DNA of 64,000 bases from Macrostomum lignano (taxonomy: Eukaryota). The DNA is taken from positions 1 to 64,000 of the forward strand of contig NIVC01000414.1 of assembly GCA_002269645.1 (NCBI GenBank), given 5' to 3'. The notes under the pieces are model-generated. The model did not search any database. It was not told the DNA's origin and saw only the letters and a program-made list of their open reading frames with translations. This document shows positions 15,001 to 23,999 of this stretch, piece by piece (within the stretch, counting starts at the first letter, position 1; each line of letters opens with the position of its first letter). Made by a program: the position numbers and the translations under genes.

Positions 15001-18000
15001 GCTCACTGTGTGCGGTCAGCAAGTAAAAATAGAGTCATCGGCAGCAAGTAGCTGTGTATTCGCCGTTGAGGTAGCAGACAGGACAACCGTGCCCGCTGGT
15101 CACGAAATCGTCTTCCCAGCGAGATTGGCAAGTGAGTCAGATGCAGCTGTTGATGGTGAGTGCGGCATTTTTGAGCCTGACAATTCGAAGGACATCTCCA
15201 CGGTCATGTGTGGAGCGCGCAGCCTCTCGGTGTTGCGAGGAGGACTCATCGCTGTTCACTATGTCAATACGGACACCAAGCCGCATACATTTTACCCCGG
15301 AACAAGACTGGGGACTTTTGAGCCGATGTCAGATGGTGCCGATGCAGAGTTGTCAATGCAAGTTGAGACAGTGAAAGGTCAAATCGCCGAGTATGTACCA
15401 AATGTGCACATTGATGAGAAAAATCTTACAGCCAATCAAGTTCAGTGTGTCAAAGATCTTCTGCATCAGTACCAGGATGTGTTCTCGAAAAGTCCAAACG
15501 ACCTGGGCTGCACTTCACTCCTTGACCACAAAATTGACACCGGGTCGGCGAAACCTATCAGAGTGCCTCCTCGTAGATTGTCGCCGCCGAACCAGCGAGC
15601 TGTGTCAGAGATGGTCGAGCAGATGGTGAGAGACGACATCGTAGAGCCTTCGAATTCTCCGTGGTCGAGCCCGGTCATTCTGGTGAAGAAGAAGGACGGC
15701 AGTATGCGCTTCGTGAACGACTTCAGACTGCTCAACTCTGTGACCGTCAAAGACAGTTATCCACTGCCTCACACCAGCGATCTGATCGATGCTCTCGCAG
15801 GATCCACAATGTTCTCAACGCTCGACTTCACTAGCGGGTACACCCAGGTGATGCTGGACTCAGAGAGTCGCGCAAAAACAGCATTTCCTGCGCCACAAGG
15901 ATTATTCCAGTACAAGAGACTACCGCAAGGTGTGTGCAATGGTCCTGCCACGTTTTCAAGGCTGATGGAACTCGTTCTGAAGGGCCTCCGATGGGAAGTG
16001 TGCCTGTCATTTCTTGACGACGTTGTCATCTTTTCGAAAGGATTCGAGGAGCATCTGCGGCGTCTTGAGCTTGTGTTGCAGAAATTCAGAACCGCTAACC
16101 TGAAGTTGAAGCCGACCAAGTGCCACTTGTGCTATCAGGAGATTTCATTTCTTGGCTTTCGAATCTCAAAAGATGGCGTGACCACTGACCCGGACAAGGT
16201 GAAAGCAGTGCAGGAGTGGCCAACGCCCGAAGATCGTTCAGAAGTTCGACAATTCCTGGGGTTATGTGGCTACTATCGTCATTTCGTTAAAAACTACAGT
16301 GAGATTGCTGAACCGCTGTACAAGCTAACGCAAAAGGACGTGACCTTCAGCTGGACTCTCGAATGCTCAGCAGCATTTAATCGCCTAAAGCAGTGCCTTA
16401 CTTCCAGCCCAGTCCTCATCATGCCGACATTCGCAGAAGACGCTGAGTTCGTGCTAGATACCGATGCCTCTGGCGTGGCCATCTCCGGAGTTCTTCAAGA
16501 GCGCCGTGGTGGCAGGACGCAGGTGGTGGCATACGGCAGTCGCATTCTGTCCAAAGCAGAGAGAAATTACTGCACAACGAGGCGTGAGCTTCTGGCAATT
16601 GTGCACTTCGTCGGTCACTATCGCAGCTACTTGTTAGGAAAAAGATTCACACTACGTACTGATCACGCCTCGCTGATCCATCTTCTGCGCTTTCGAGATC
16701 CCGATGGTCAGCTGGCACGGTGGCTGGATAAGCTAAGCGAATTCGACTACCAGACGGAGTATCGCAAGGGCGAGAAACATGGAAATGCAGACGCACTTAG
16801 TCGGCGACCGTGTCGAAAAGGACCTTGCCTGTGCAGTGGCTCTGCGCTCGCTGTCGAGTTCAATGACGACAGCGCGATTCGACGAGCACAGGCAGAGGAT
16901 CGGTGCATGCAGAAGCTGGCGAACTGCTTGCGAGATGGTCAACCACCGGATAAGGCAGAGACGGACGGCTGGAGCGATCGGCAGCGGCAACTGCTGTCCG
17001 AGTTTAAGCGGCTGACACTGGTGAACGGACTGCTGTGCCGCCGATGGGAATGCGAAGATGGCAGCGCCTTTTGTCAGCAGCTGCTGGTGCCAGAAAGTCT
17101 ACAGCGCGATGTTTTTGTCGAAGCTCATGCTGGAACGAGCGGCAGCCACTGCGGACCGCAGAAGACCATTGAAAAGATCAGGGCGCGACTCTACTGGCCT
17201 GGAATGACAGCAGATGTGACTGACTGGTGTGCTGCGTGCCTCGAATGCGCGACACTGAAAGATTCTGGCCAGCACAGGCGGGCACCTCTACAGAGCATGG
17301 CGGTCGGCAGCGTTGGCCAGCGACTGGAAATGGACTTCATGGTGGGCCTGCCGAGGACCGATCGTGGAAATTCAGTCATCCTGGTAGTCATCGACACCTT
17401 CAGCAAGTGGACTGAGGCCTTTCCACTGCCGTCTCAAGACGCTGAGACCACAGCCCGGACGTTTGTCAACGAGTGGGTGGCTCGCTTTGGAGTCCCGCAG
17501 TCGGTGCACACCGACCAGGGTCGGAACTGGGAGTCTGGGAGCTGTTTCAAGAGACGATGCGGCTGCTGAAAATCGACAAGACTCGGACGACAGGCTACCA
17601 CCCTGAAGGAGACGGCGGTTGCGAACGGATCAACCGGACACTGGTGCAGCTGCTGCGAGCATGGGTGAACGACAATCAGCGAGACTGGGATCTTCATCTG
17701 CAGATTGCACTGATGGGCTACCGCACTTCAGTCCACAAGTCGACTGGTCAGACACCTTCGGCGATGCATTTCGGCCAGGAACTGCGACTACCACTGGACT
17801 TGGCATACGGAGGTCTGGCGCCGGATAGGCAACGTCCTTGTGAATGGGTGGCCGAGCTGCGGAGCCGGCTGCAGACATCGCACGAGAGGGCGCGACAAAA
17901 CTTGGAGGCAGCGCAACTGCACCAGAAGGCAGCGTACGACAGGAGGTGCCACGGCGAGGCATTCAGCGAGAACGATCTGGTCTGGCTGCACAATCCGGCG

Positions 18001-21000
18001 CTGAAGCGAGGCGAGAGCCGAAAATTTCATCGATGGTGGACTGGGCCATGGCGCGTTAAAAAGCAGATCTCAGACGTCACCTACCGCATTCAGCACGAGG
18101 CCAATGCACGACGGCGAAGGGTGGTGCATTTCAATCGCCTGAAGCCATGCAACACGGCCAGTCCAGCTGCAGCACCTCAATTGCAACCAGCGGCGCAACT
18201 GCACAATCCTGACGAGGACGACCTGAGATTTGACGGCGTCCCAGCCGGCGCCCGAGCCGGCGCCCCAGCCGGCGCCCCAGTCGGCGCCCCGGTCGGCGCC
18301 CCAGCCGGCGCCCCAGCCGGCGCCCCAGCCGGCGCCCCAGCCGGCGCCCCAGCCGGCGCCCCAGTCGGCGCCCCGGTCGGCGCCCCAGTCGGCGCCCCGG
18401 TCGGCGCCCCAGTCGGCGCCCCGGTCGGCGCCCCAGCCGGCGCCCCAGCCGGCGCCCCAGCCGGCGCCCCAGCCGGCGCCCCAGCCGGCGCCCCAGTCGG
18501 CGCCCCGGTCGGCGCCCCAGTCGGCGCCCCGGTCGGCGCCCCAGTCGGCGCCCCGGTCGGCGCCCCAGCCGGCACCCCAATCGGCGCCCCGGTCGGCGCC
18601 CCTGCTGATGTTCCAGAGCATCCATAACAGCCTGTATTGCGCCGAAGTAAGAGGGCCCGTGCCCCGCCAGAATTTTTGGTGAAGTGTATACTCATTGAAT
18701 GCAGATTTTCTTAGATAGTTTTTTTTTGAAACATTGACATTGCTTAAGTTCATTTTAATGTCCACTTTTATTTCCCTCAAATATTTATTCGTTCAAATAT
18801 TCGATCAGAATTCGTCGAACTCATACTCGTAACTTTTTTAACGCAACGAAAAATGCAGAAAGTGAGTGGAACACTTTTTTTGAAAGAAGGAGAGCATTGT
18901 AAGATGGTTTGTTTAGTTGATTACGTGTGCGCACGTTCACTAGCTCTTATGTACATTTGCTCGCTGTACAATGATAATATATAAGTGAATGCCTTGGCGC
19001 CCTGGGCAGCCAAGAGTCGGTCTACGCCTTAAGCCAATTTCTCGTTTTCGCTTGTTCCTACAGTACTATTAAAGGTACCAATGATCTCACCCGAGTTGCA
19101 CAATGTTCCTGTCAAAGGCCGATTTAGCAGCAAAGAGGCTGGCATTGATTCCATTCCAGCTAATAAGGCTGCAGAAGTCCCTGGCCTGATCCCAGGTGTA
19201 GCGAGCGTGCTGAATGGAGATGCAGGAGTTCAGGTGCTCGATCCAACCTACCGGGCAGTCTAAAAGAAGTAATTGACTTGACAGATTGACAGGTCGCTGC
19301 TGATTGGACACGTAAGAGAGTTTAGAATCTACCTGTCAGCTCGCAACCCCTGATTTGGTCAACGGTAGTCACAAGAGTCTCAGTACTCAAGTGGATTCGC
19401 AGCTGACGAACTGGGAGCAGAAGAGGCATGACGAAAGTCTCCTGGTTGAATGTCTTCACGAACTGTGTGTTGGAATTGAAGTTCTCGGATTTTGGTGAGG
19501 AAATTTTACGTGTACATGCCAAAACGTTGATTCATTGTAAATCGAGTACTGGTTTACCAAGAATGGGTCCAGGCCAGAGATATTGCTGTTCCCACTGTGC
19601 TGCAGGATGCTGAGGTTCTTGAATCTACCAGCTGTATCAGCGAAAGACAGCCAAAAACTCGAATCGGCGTTGAGACCCGCGAGCGCGAATGATGTCACGT
19701 GGTAGACAGAGTTGCGATCGAAACTTATGGCAAGCACGCTGTTGCTGGTATGTCGTAGCAAGCTGGCCGAGTATTTTTCGCTTGGAATGACGCCACAAGC
19801 TGGAGTTGGATATTTGGTTGGATAGGTGGTCATTTTCTAAAAAGCGTTTAGGCACAGCCGCAAAGCAAGGTCAATACCGGTAGACGGATGGATCCTAACG
19901 TTTTGATCTTGACTAGTGGTATGCCTAAAAGTACATATCAATGCACAGAAACTGTGTAAGAGATCTGGCCCCTCGCTTGTTAGGCAACCTTCTACCATCG
20001 AAGGTATAAACTAAAAGCACGAAAAGCCCCACCCAGACCAATTTTTGAGAGAGCGAACCAAAAATTGACGCGGCTGGAGAGGAAATCGAACTCAAGATTT
20101 TTGAGCAATCAGCCCTCAAGTAAGGGTCTCAATCTCAAAGTGAAAGTCGCACCTGTTGGATCAGGGTGGCCCATGAGGTCCATCTGCATCCGACGTGTGC
20201 CGCTCGATGTTCCAAACTTCACTTGCAGCAGCTGGGCTCTTTGAGCAGCTGAAAACCGAACTGGAGCGAAGCCTTCGCTAGAGTATATCGGCAGGTAAGT
20301 CGTCTGAAATTTTTGATTGTGGTGAAGTCATTTTAAGTGACGAAGAAACGCTGACTGGCTTTTGTGTCATGCAAATTAGTTGAGTTGTAAGTGTAAGCTA
20401 AAGAGACTGCCAGTTATTCTTTAATAATAAATTACTCTTGGAAAAGCAAGTTCATTGAGAGACAGTCGGTTCTAACACTTTTTGCTACTCTGGAGTACCT
20501 CAGGTGCACTTAAAACATAGAAGCTCACAAAGACTGTAATTGGATCTTTGCGAGTTCTAACTCTTTGAGTTAAATTTTGGCCATCTATGGCTGTAGTCTG
20601 TAAAAGCGAAGTTCAGCTATTAGGAAGGTTAACGTCGATATTTTTTTCCAAAAAAAAACAATCTAGGCGTCAAAATTCTTTTGAATGATACTCAGTTGAG
20701 TGCAAAATCAGGGGAAAATATTAGGTTCCTTAGTCTTATTTACTGTAAATGTACGAGCTAGATAATTCATGTTAAAAAAGTTGCTGTAAGTAGCTCTACG
20801 CGTTCAGTTTTACCGAAACTTTCGGTGCGTCGCTAATCAGGCTGTTTCCGGGAAAAGCGGCGGCGGAGAAGCCGGTTGGCGCCGCCCCGACGTCGGGGAA
20901 TCCGCGCAACAGCAGGCCGGTCAAGTTGAAGCGGATCGGCAGGAAGTAGCGCACAGTGACGTCGGAGGTTGGCGACAATCTGGCGGGTGACAAGCTTCCC

Positions 21001-21149
21001 ATAGGAAGTTGCAGCAGGTCGTCGGACGCGGAGACTGGTTGCCATAGCAACGCTCCAGATGGGACGTTGCGACCGAGTCCGGTGGCAGTTTTTTCGAGTC
21101 TCTCGAGCTGGATGCTTCCTGAAGTTTTCCGAATCGATTTGGAGTGCAT
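1..21149 (-). CDS. Large multi-exon mosaic lectin-domain protein (F5/8C-discoidin, C-type lectin, kringle-like, F-type-lectin-like, WSC modules); 3' end runs off the window; full exon chain not resolved
   Basis: Many minus-strand exon-sized ORFs with GT/AG borders and recognisable motifs: CPVGWIEHLNSC..YTWDQARDFC (19.2 kb), FVGSVRDP..WQWSDG..CAAL..VSCSIKLEFMCQ (12.3 kb), YIGCFQD..CARVC..YFGTQW..CFCG..CNNRC..CG (10.2 kb), LQLPQIFSITGLIIRG..GYVTSLRV (6.7 kb), WWQVSLGDVFDIRRIFI (2.0 kb). The true 5' start is uncertain and no signal peptide was seen. Confidence 0.8.
1922..2180 (-). CDS. Exon of the mosaic lectin gene: F-type lectin (FTP)/F5/8C-like module
   Basis: LATDGDY..RCYKSPDT..QPFHWWQVSLGDVFDIRRIFIVD matches the fucolectin-type pattern A.DG..C..T..PWW.VDL..I..V.I. 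Borders approximate. Confidence 0.7.
3488..3760 (-). CDS. Exon of the mosaic lectin gene: C-terminal half of an FTP-like module
   Basis: WPTCG..YILPCERRYNLGRFVALTR..MRFSELQVYG resembles C..GRYV.I..L.LCEV.VYG. Borders approximate. Confidence 0.7.
   Translation of the reverse strand, partial: TKTPDTNQCGIRLRVGSQWEATAVGAAWIQHWPTCGAIETPLINQKVYILPCERRYNLGRFVALTRRAETGMMRFSELQVYGEECECLQK
3865..4090 (-). mobile_element. tRNA-derived SINE (family A) in an intron
   Basis: Minus strand reads TAGCCTATAGTGTTTAGAGCGTCGGACTC..GGAAGGTCGGAGCTTCGATTC (A/B-box-like tRNA head), then GTGTCCTTGAGCAAGACACTTAA..CACCCAGCTGTAAAA, similar to conserved CORE-type SINE bodies (from recall). Confidence 0.75.
4530..4700 (-). 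CDS. Exon of the mosaic lectin gene: kringle-like module
   Basis: CILGLNDGHSRVYSINATVSGEACIPW..DLGNQC resembles the kringle pattern C..G.G..Y.G..T.SG..C..W..N.C. Confidence 0.6.
6590..6900 (-). CDS. Exon of the mosaic lectin gene: F5/8 type C (discoidin) module
   Basis: Hand translation gives ..FYLQLPQIFSITGLIIRGAALRATDLLGYVTSLRVKHKY, matching LQ.DL...VTG..TQG...VTSF.V.Y. Confidence 0.7.
7666..8010 (+). mobile_element. tRNA-derived SINE (family B), near full length
   Basis: GGGGCTGTAGCCCAGTGGTCTAGCG..GGCCCAGGCTCGAG head, then TTTAGGGCTAAATTGGAATC and core AGGGTCGCTATACACTCCTGCGTGAGTGTGTGCCTGTGCGT shared with copies at 21.2, 31.2, 42.6 and 57.8 kb. Confidence 0.75.
9971..10400 (-). CDS. Exon of the mosaic lectin gene: WSC domain
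   Basis: SYIGCFQDSGARDL..TVSVCARVCSRYLYFGTQWYAHCFCGN..AESRCNNRCRANPADMCG shows the canonical eight-cysteine WSC pattern. Confidence 0.9.
11500..11720 (-). CDS. Exon of the mosaic lectin gene: kringle-like cysteine module
   Basis: KCQMGYRDFGYYDYGWSMSQLDGGPCTPW..RSC..KC..SC..LC, ending at a GTAAG donor. Confidence 0.5.
11797..12467 (-). CDS. Exon of the mosaic lectin gene: C-terminal part of the C-type lectin domain plus Ala/Thr-rich linker
   Basis: Acceptor CCGCAG at 12468 with upstream CTAAC branch motif. A phase-2 join to the exon ending at 19091 gives IVQLG-SFPASDDQQLFVGSVRDP..WQWSDG..CAALS..VSCSIKLEFMCQ. Confidence 0.85.
12563..13281. mobile_element. Tc1/mariner-type MITE (719 bp, TA TSD)
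   Basis: 23-bp perfect TIR CTCAGCAACAGTCAAAAGTTCCA / TGGAACTTTTGACTGTTGCTGAG, extending to ~40 bp with 3 mismatches, flanked by TA on both sides. Confidence 0.75.
13602..13766 (+). repeat. 5' LTR
   Basis: TGTAAGATGG..TTCCTACA; differs from 18898-19062 by one T/C substitution by eye; contains TATATAAG. Confidence 0.97.
13768..13779 (+). promoter_or_regulatory. Primer-binding site, probably tRNA-Leu
   Basis: TGGTGGCAGCGG 1 nt after the LTR; complementary to the ..CCGCUGCCACCA 3' end of tRNA-Leu (from recall). Confidence 0.75.
13785..14627 (+). CDS. gag: Gypsy Gag with CCHC zinc knuckle
   Basis: First ATG at 13785; retrotransposon-gag-like FxxWLxRF / LKxRF / KGRFLSGL motifs; knuckle CWKCGKPGHVQRFC. 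Confidence 0.93.
   Translation: MTENEGSAESPAVAVTQPQASFVNMFLRPPQYQHGQDFELWLARFNNFASSLPVDQRKNALLSFLDDKSYQAANNLDAALSYDDFEKALKNRFRPSTSSAEQQAQFFNLTQKDGQSVADYSDALIVAAKRAFPSLMETKAGAEQETSVTAKDELLKGRFLSGLRDPAVRMQTQMQPKATFADTVETARFVESTQSQGGTATALAAEVPEAFAVGIQRSLKELSNKLSRWESKDQDHRQSGDRRRVVTCWKCGKPGHVQRFCTQKSGNFDGAATAGVPFRK
14564..18627 (+). CDS. pol: Gypsy Pol (protease, RT, RNase H, integrase) in the -1 frame relative to gag; one frameshift at ~17535 inside the integrase core
   Basis: LVDTGC (protease); YPLP, LPQG, FLDD (RT); DTDAS, TDH (RNase H); H..H..C..C, EMDF, TDQG and, in the second frame, GYHPEGDGGCERINR (integrase). Confidence 0.95.
18235..18606 (+). repeat. 12-bp GC-rich tandem array (~31 units) encoding GAP(A/V) repeats at the integrase C-terminus
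   Basis: Units GGCGCCCCAGCC / GGCGCCCCAGTC / GGCGCCCCGGTC, in frame with ORF 17473-18627. Confidence 0.95.
18882..18894 (+). promoter_or_regulatory. Polypurine tract
   Basis: GAAAGAAGGAGAG, 3 nt upstream of the 3' LTR. Confidence 0.7.
18898..19062 (+). repeat. 3' LTR
   Basis: 165 bp, 164/165 identical to the 5' LTR by eye. Confidence 0.97.
19091..19265 (-). CDS. Exon of the mosaic lectin gene: N-terminal part of the C-type lectin domain
   Basis: DCPVGWIEHLNSCISIQHARYTWDQARDFC..IVQL, donor GG|GTGAGA at 19090. Confidence 0.85.
19330..21149 (-). CDS. Upstream exons of the mosaic lectin gene: two degenerate F5/8C-like modules (exons ~20813-21149, 20155-20305, 19540-19830, 19330-19480)
   Basis: YFLPIRFNLTGLLLRG..PTGFSAAA joins in phase 0 to TTYLPIY..FAPVRF..QLLQV..RMQMDLMGH. 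A second module reads YHVTSFALAG..SFWLSF and PVRQLRIHL..QIRGCE. Confidence 0.55.
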
Positions 21150-21234
21150 TTAATGCCCAAGGAAGGAAAGCATGTATCGAAACGAAGCCGCCTTGAAAAT
21201 CGATAGCGGAATAAAACTTGGACCTCCCCAACCC

Positions 21235-21805
21235 ACAGTTCGGGATCGATAAGAGCTCTGATGTACCAGCGGCCCAGGCTCGATTCCAAGTGCAATCACA
21301 TTAATTTAGGGCTGAATTGGAATCTCGGTTTGGCTCTGGTTGTGCCCCGTTGACAACGAGGGCTAATATTGTGGGGTTAGTTAACTAATAGCTTGAAGGT
21401 TGACTAACGTGTGAATTTAGGCGAATAAACGTTAATTGACGTTACTTTACTCTATGGAGGGTAAATTTACGTTAATTTATGAGTTTGTTTACCGAAATTA
21501 ACGTACAAATTGTTTGTGGCTAATTAACGTAAATCCACTTTTTCGAAAGTTAAACTGTGGTAAATTAACTAACCAGAAGTTACTTTTTGTTAATTTTACT
21601 TCAAGATTAACCTTCGTTTTCAACGGGGCAATTAATGCCCTTGAGGCCCAACTGCCGAGGCACAGTGAAGCGTATATGCATAACGAGAAATAAATTTAGC
21701 CGATGTGTACACTCCTGTGTGAGTGTGTGCCTGTGCGTATAACGCCGTACGTATTGGCAGTAATGCCTCTTATCGACTGTGTGACAATTTCGCTGAAAGC
21801 GCACC
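21235..21805 (+). mobile_element. SINE family B copy interrupted by a ~250-bp AT-rich insert
   Basis: GCTCTGATGTACCAGCGGCCCAGGCTCGATTCC..TTTAGGGCTGAATTGGAATC matches the 7.7-kb head. The core GTACACTCCTGTGTGAGTGTGTGCCTGTGCGT resumes at ~21710. Confidence 0.7.
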
Positions 21806-23999
21806 CTGCTTTTAATAAAATAAAATAAGCGGGCATAAAAATATCGTATTATACATGTACCAATATTGAGTAGCGTAGATTAATGCGAAACTGCTGGTCG
21901 AAAAGGTTGCACAATGAAAGTTAAATATAAATTTGTATGAGTGCTGTCCGAGTCTATGCTCATCGATTGAGACCATTGTCAAGAAAGACAACTGTTTCTA
22001 GGCCGATTAATTATTCTTTTTGAACACGCATTCTGAGACAATCAGAAGCAGTTCATGGAAAAATTTCAAATCGTCCATTTGATTTCGTCCATTCATCGTG
22101 TTATCGTCCACTTTTTTAGGTTTTTAACTGGCTGAAATAACTAGGTAAGGCTTTTTAAAGTCATGAATTTTCAAGTTGAATCTCAAACCCTGCTAAATTT
22201 TAAGCTTCAAAAGGTGGTTGATATTTTCTGCTTATAAAGTTTTGAACTTGTGAGAGAGACCTGGAAGACGATATCAAGCGACATGCCAAGCTTGCAAAGT
22301 AGTTCGTCTTTCATTCAAAGAATGGATTGCTCCCAATAAACACTTGTGCTAATACCTACCATGCATGGTGCCCACAAAAGGCCTAAGGTGGACCTCTTCA
22401 CCATAGCCGATAGAAATTGTCGAACTAAGGTACCATGTATAGAGAAAAGTAATTCCCCTATTTTGCTGATAAGAATTCATGCCTTTCTCCGTCATGATTT
22501 TGCTTTATACATGTAGTTCAGAGTCCTTACAATTGTTCAATGAATAGGACACCGAATATTTGTAGAATTGTCACGTGTGTTTTAGCCTTGGAACCGGAAA
22601 AAGTATAATTATTTTGATAATAATTTTCTGGTTATTAATGCAGAGTGAGTTTTTCAATAGTAGAATTTTGGTACCGGTGTGCTGAGCTCTAGATTAAATA
22701 ACTAACTGATACGAGTATTCTGTACTCGTACGGGCATCGGGAAGGTTGCACACTATTCTCTCCAATTCTTTTCGCTCTGTCTTGCCGTAAGCCTAAGCTT
22801 TCATGTACGTTGTAATGATTTTATCAGCCCCTGCCGATGTGATCATTAAACAGGCTGCTGTTCGCAGGGTGAGATAAATATTAAATAATTTCCCATAGAA
22901 ATCAGGGCTACAGCACGCTCGTAGCTTACCTACTGGAGGCGATATTTCTTGACCGCTCAATGTTGAGCAGGATATCAGCAGCAGCAGAAGAAGAGTTAAC
23001 GGCTTTTGAGGATACTTCCAAAGCAGATACATTGATAAAATAGCCAATGTTTGAATGAGTCTCAACGGAACTTGAGAATGTATGAGATTTTGATTCCCTT
23101 CCGAACAAATTTTCGTCCAAATAAATGCAAAATTGGCCTGTAAAAAAGGCAAACCAATCCATCAGGTGACAGGCACTCAACGGCAGCTTTTCGTAACTTC
23201 AGCGTATGCATTCGAAGGTCATCCATCTCAAGAGATATATTTTCTCGATTTTTTCAACAATTTGGATCTAGTTTTTATGACCTTAAACGCTTCCCCGTTC
23301 AAGAGCAATCTGCTTTGCCAATTTTTTATGTTGTCCCTCGTCTAATTGTACAATTTTCTGCACAAAAAACTTCAGCTGTTACAAATAGAGCAGGAAGCAA
23401 TTTCTCCTATATCTATTCGAGATTGTTTGCTCACTGAAGAGGTGAAAAAAGCAATCCAGATGCGCTTACAGCCGAACCAATTCAAACTATCAATCATTTA
23501 CTTCCACGTCAGCAAAACAACTTGACAGGGGATATTCAGATGAGAAATTCATCAATCGCCCATCTGTTGGTGCAGACAAAAACCTGCAGTTAAAAATGAA
23601 AGGCTTGGGGAAGAGTTGCTAACTTGCTGGGTCAAGTCTAGAAACAATGGTTTCTTTTTTGGTAGCTCATCTTCCAAACGCATCAGATTGCTTCCTATTA
23701 TTCGTTATTTAAGTCCAATTCAAAAGTTTCCAATCTGCATAATTTTCTCAAGTTCATTTTTTGAGACAATACCGAATGATTAATATGTTCTTTTTGACTT
23801 GGAATCGCAGTCGCATGAGCGTATACTAAAAAGTCACTGTTGTTACTTCGTAATTAGGGAAGAAATTCAAATTGGCTTATTTGGTCGGCCTTGGAATTTG
23901 ATCAGTCAAATCTACGGCAGGAAAGTGCTTAGGCAGCCGTTTATATACCAAGTATTTATGCCTAGTTTATTAATAAATAAATTACCTCCCTCCCCGCCT

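Larger units (their letters stand above)
13602..19062 (+). mobile_element. Full-length Ty3/Gypsy LTR retrotransposon (5461 bp)
   Basis: Two 165-bp TG..CA LTRs, 4-bp TSD GTAC (13598-13601, 19063-19066), PBS, PPT, and gag plus pol in PR-RT-RH-INT order. Confidence 0.97.

Noticed and set aside
17525-17550. Second programmed frameshift in pol
   Set aside because: No X XXY YYZ heptamer is present, and it would split the catalytic core; a simple indel or error is more likely.
18070-18780. Antisense and alternate-frame ORFs (WGAG, GRRL, PQPA repeats) over the 12-bp array
   Set aside because: The GC-only unit has no stop in any frame; only the integrase-contiguous frame has independent support.
20833-21231. 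RT-like snippets (SKFYSAIDFQGGF; EKTA..LPMG)
   Set aside because: They fall in different frames, with no YxDD or flanking retroelement features. The region is better explained by a discoidin-like exon plus the antisense SINE head.
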